From an uncultured Candidatus Bathyarchaeia archaeon (lineage in GTDB: Archaea > Thermoproteota > Bathyarchaeia > Bathyarchaeales > Bathyarchaeaceae), in NCBI GenBank assembly GCA_964618695.1, contig CAZUDX010000001.1, positions 73,843-137,842 of the forward strand: a DNA stretch of 64,000 bases. Direction: 5' to 3'. The stretch's first letter is position 1, and each line of letters begins with the position of its first letter. Below the pieces are notes generated by a model. The model saw only the letters and a list, made by a program, of their open reading frames with translations. It did no database searches and had not been told where the DNA came from. Shown here in pieces: positions 61,095 to 64,000 of this stretch. Made by a program: the position numbers and the translations under genes.

Positions 61095-62012
61095 CTATAG
61101 AGCTCTCCCCGAGCTTCCGAAGAGGCGCATCTTGGCTTTAACAACCTCTTCCATCGTCTCTTTTGCTGGTCCCAAAATCTTTCGTGGATCATACACTTCA
61201 GGTGATGTGGCTAAGACTTCGCGAACTGCGCCTGTGAATCCCAATCTTAGGTCAGTGTCAATGTTGATTTTTGCTATTCCCATAGAAACTGCTTTTTTGA
61301 TGTGTTCATCTGGAATTCCTTTGGCTCCCTTCCATTCTGCACCATATTTTGTGGCTTTTTCAACTATCCACTGGGGGACTCCGGAAGCTCCGTGCAAAAC
61401 TAATGGAATGTTGACCTTTTTTCTGATGATTTTTAACCTTTCAAAATCTAGTTTCGGTTCTCCCTTGAATTTGTATGCACCATGAGATGTGCCTATGGCA
61501 ACGGCTAAAGAGTCTACACCAGTTCGGTCAACAAACTCCACGGCAGAGTCAGGGTCAGTGTAAGGGTCTTCCGTTCCTTGGGCAGCGGATTCTTGCGAGA
61601 CAAGTTTTCCAAGTTCTGCTTCAACAGAAACTTCTTTGGGACGCGCTAGTTCTACAACATGTTTTGTCATGGAAATGTTTTCTTCATAACTTAAGTGGGA
61701 CCCGTCGATCATGACGGAGGTGAACCCGCCGTTAATGCACATTGCGGCTGTTTCTATGTCTTTTCCATGGTCTAGGTGTAGGGTTATGGGTATGGGGTTT
61801 GTTTTAGCAGCGGCTTTAACCATGGCAGTTAAGTATTCTAGGCCAGCATATTTGATGGCGCTTGGGCTTGCGGATATTATTACTGGTGACTTTTCTTCTG
61901 TGGCTGTCTCTACAATTGCCTGCAAAATTTCCATGTTGTTGATGTTGAATGCTCCAACTGCATAGCCTTCAGCCGCAGCAACGGTTAAAACTTCCTTATT
62001 TGTGACAAGCAT
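61095..62012 (-). CDS. fba: Class II fructose-bisphosphate aldolase
   Basis: 305 aa. Motifs GAFN.NN.E, LHLDHG, GFTSVMIDGS, LVLHGASG and INIDTD. Confidence 0.9.
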   Translation of the reverse strand: MLVTNKEVLTVAAAEGYAVGAFNINNMEILQAIVETATEEKSPVIISASPSAIKYAGLEYLTAMVKAAAKTNPIPITLHLDHGKDIETAAMCINGGFTSVMIDGSHLSYEENISMTKHVVELARPKEVSVEAELGKLVSQESAAQGTEDPYTDPDSAVEFVDRTGVDSLAVAIGTSHGAYKFKGEPKLDFERLKIIRKKVNIPLVLHGASGVPQWIVEKATKYGAEWKGAKGIPDEHIKKAVSMGIAKINIDTDLRLGFTGAVREVLATSPEVYDPRKILGPAKETMEEVVKAKMRLFGSSGRAL

Positions 62013-62254
62013 GTGTCTTCACACAGTATTACCTGTTTTGTATGTATATTGGCTTTGCTGAGCTTAAAACAGTTGATGTGTAATCGGATGGTACAAAAAG
62101 TGACTGAACGCTGTTGATTCATTGGAGTGCGTATATTCTGATTCCGAATTACTTGATTGTTGATTCATACTTCAAGTCCATAATCGTTAAATGTTTTATT
62201 CGCAAACCTCAAAGGCAAAAATCATTAACAGGGGAAGATAGAGGCATACTCAAC

Positions 62255-64000
62255 ATGGCAACTCCAGTTGCGAAATTGAAACCCAAACCAACATCAGCCA
62301 CTCCAGAGGAAACTTTAATTCGTGTTTTGCATGTGGATGACGAACCTGGGTTGCTAAAAACCACGAAACAAATCTTGGAAGCAATGGGTTCTTTCCAAGT
62401 TGAAACAGCGTTGTCGGTTAAGGAGGCTATGCAGAAATTAGAGGAAAAAGAGTTTGATGCCGTTGTTACTGATTATCAGATGCCTAGAAAGAATGGTTTA
62501 GATTTTCTGAGAGAACTGCGGGAAAACGAAAACAACATTCCTTTAATTCTGTTCACTGGGAAAGGCAGAGAAGAAGTGGCGATTGAAGCCTTGAACCTTG
62601 GCGCTAGCTTGTATTGCAACAAGACGGGCAAACCTCAAACTGTGTATGGAGAACTGGCGTATAGCATACAACAAGTTTTTGAAAAGAAAAGGGCAGAGGA
62701 AGCGCTCCGCAGAGAAACAGAAATGCTTGAAGTTGTTACACAAAATGTTAGCGCTGGGCTCGTAGTTATTTCAAGAGATTACAAGATTTTATGGACAAAC
62801 AAGCTTCTCAAAGACTACCTAGGCAACGTAAAAGGAAAGGACTGCTACTCAACCCTCAATCACCTATCCCATCGTTGCCCGGGATGCGGAGTCAAAGAAA
62901 TTTTTGAAAAAGGAGAGAACAGGGTTGTTCACGAACAATTAGTCCTGAGGGCAGATGGTGAGCCCGCATGGTTAGAGATAACTGCTACTCCAATCAGAGA
63001 CAAAAAAGGAAACGTCACAGCCGCCTTGGAACTGTCAACAGACATAACTGAACGCAAAAAGGCAGAAAAAGCGTTGAAAGAGGCGAAGAACAGGTTTGAG
63101 ACTTATCTGAATCTTGCGGGCGTCATTATGGTCGCTCTAGACACTAACGGCACGATTACGTATGCTAACAAAAAATGCTGTGAAGTACTGGAAAGTAAGG
63201 AAGAGGAGATAGTTGGAAAGAATTGGTTCTCAAAGTTCCTTCCAAAACGAATTAGATCAAAAACAGAAGCGGTTTTCAAGAAACTGATGTCGGGGAACGT
63301 CAAACCAGTGGAGCGGTATGAAAATCCGATCTTAACCAAGCAGGGAGAAGAACGGATTATAGCTTGGCACAATATTCTCCTGAAAGACGAAAACGGAAAG
63401 ATCATTAGAACCCTCAGCTCAGGAGAAGACATCACAGAACGCAAGAAAGCAGAAGAAGCTTTAGAAAAATCTGAGGAAGAGTATAGAACTATTGTGGAGC
63501 TTTCGCCTGACGGCATTATAACTATGAACATGCAAGGCACCGTAACTTCAATCAATAAGGCGTTCTTGGACTTGACGGGCTTCTCTGAAGCTGAAATTGT
63601 TGGGAAACACTTCTCAAAGCTTGGAACTCTTAGAGCCAAGGACCTTCCCAAATACACGAAACTCTTTGCAGGATTTCTCACTGGGAAACCACCCTCCATT
63701 GACGAATTTGCTTATGTACGAAAAGATGGAAGCCATCGTTGGGGTGACGCACACTTCAGTTTTATTAAAAAGGATGGAAAGAATGTTGGAATTCAAGCCG
63801 TTCTAAGAGACATAACTGAACGCAAGCGGATGGCGGAACGGCTCAAGGAATCTGAGGAGAAATACCGGATGCAGTTTGAGCAGTCGCTGGACGCTATTTT
63901 CGTGGCTGATGCTGAAACAGGAATAGTGGTTGACTGTAACCTTGCAGCAACAGAATTGGTTGACAGAAAGAAATCAGAGATAGTTGGTAAACATCAGCGG
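62255..64000 (+). CDS. Response-regulator receiver fused to multiple PAS domains (5' partial; continues past the window end)
   Basis: The frame is open from ATG 62255 to the window edge; I translated the first ~900 nt by hand without meeting a stop, and no stop-terminated plus-strand ORF is listed for this frame. Receiver motifs HVDDE, VVTDYQMP and LFTGKG. At least four PAS-like modules are separated by DITERK(K/R) linkers. Confidence 0.8.
   Translation, partial: MATPVAKLKPKPTSATPEETLIRVLHVDDEPGLLKTTKQILEAMGSFQVETALSVKEAMQKLEEKEFDAVVTDYQMPRKNGLDFLRELRENENNIPLILFTGKGREEVAIEALNLGASLYCNKTGKPQTVYGELAYSIQQVFEKKRAEEALRRETEMLEVVTQNVSAGLVVISRDYKILWTNKLLKDYLGNVKGKDCYSTLNHLSHRCPGCGVKEIFEKGENRVVHEQLVLRADGEPAWLEITATPIRDKKGNVTAALELSTDITERKKAEKALKEAKNRFETYLNLAGVIMVALDTNGTITYANKKCCEVLESKEEEIVGKNWFSKFLPKRIRSKTEAVFKKLMSGNVKPVERYENPILTKQGEERIIAWHNILLKDENGKIIRTLSSGEDITERKKAEEALEKSEEEYRTIVELSPDGIITMNMQGTVTSINKAFLDLTGFSEAEIVGKHFSKLGTLRAKDLPKYTKLFAGFLTGKPPSIDEFAYVRKDGSHRWGDAHFSFIKKDGKNVGIQAVLRDITERKRMAERLKESEEKYRMQFEQSLDAIFVADAETGIVVDCNLAATELVDRKKSEIVGKHQR

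Noticed and set aside
63103-63699. A 198-aa ORF antisense to the receiver/multi-PAS gene.
   Set aside because: It is the same codon-mirror artefact. The plus frame is open from 62255 to the window end and carries receiver and PAS motifs.

Overview
This is a densely coding archaeal chromosomal window of about 62 genes, with no rRNA, CRISPR array or recognisable mobile element. Archaeal identity rests on TFB, Gar1, SRP19, ribosomal protein S8e, SMC-ScpA-ScpB and an initiator-type tRNA-Met. It is also supported by GGAGG-type Shine-Dalgarno sites, frequent 4-nt ATGA start/stop overlaps, AT-rich TATA-like promoters and oligo-T terminators. The gene content suggests an anaerobic, probably non-methanogenic archaeon (Bathyarchaeia-like is a guess only).

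Main blocks:
- tusA-iscS-iscU, where IscS lacks the PLP lysine.
- Malic enzyme.
- A 7TM-PAS histidine kinase with a receiver protein.
- smc-scpA-scpB.
- The S8e/SRP19/Gar1/TFB cluster.
- Ion transporters: ArsB/NhaD-like permease, CaCA exchanger, P2-type ATPase and H+-PPase.
- serB and gap-pgk.
- A compact mvhG-mvhA-hdrA(mvhD fusion)-hdrC-hdrB operon.
- NOX/CoADR-like flavoprotein, a wHTH protein and an orphan gcvH.
- A plus-strand run of thioredoxin, radical SAM, YgbA-like, FdhD-like and radical SAM genes, with a detached lplA. I read this as the two-component LipS1/LipS2 lipoate route with unusual partners.
- dcd, a TtuA/NcsA-like gene and a Dph6-like gene.
- Two tandem paralogous giant beta-propeller surface proteins sharing promoter, RBS and terminator.
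- A B12-radical-SAM plus Cys-rich membrane protein cassette bracketed by inverted zinc-ribbon/TM paralogs.
- A PPi-type pfk with class II fba.
- A truncated receiver/multi-PAS sensor at the right edge.

All family calls come from motif recognition by eye; no database search was possible. The best candidates for something undescribed are the cassette at 56.1-60.0 kb, the lipoyl-synthase/FdhD/YgbA/Trx cluster next to Hdr and GcvH, and the duplicated surface-protein locus.
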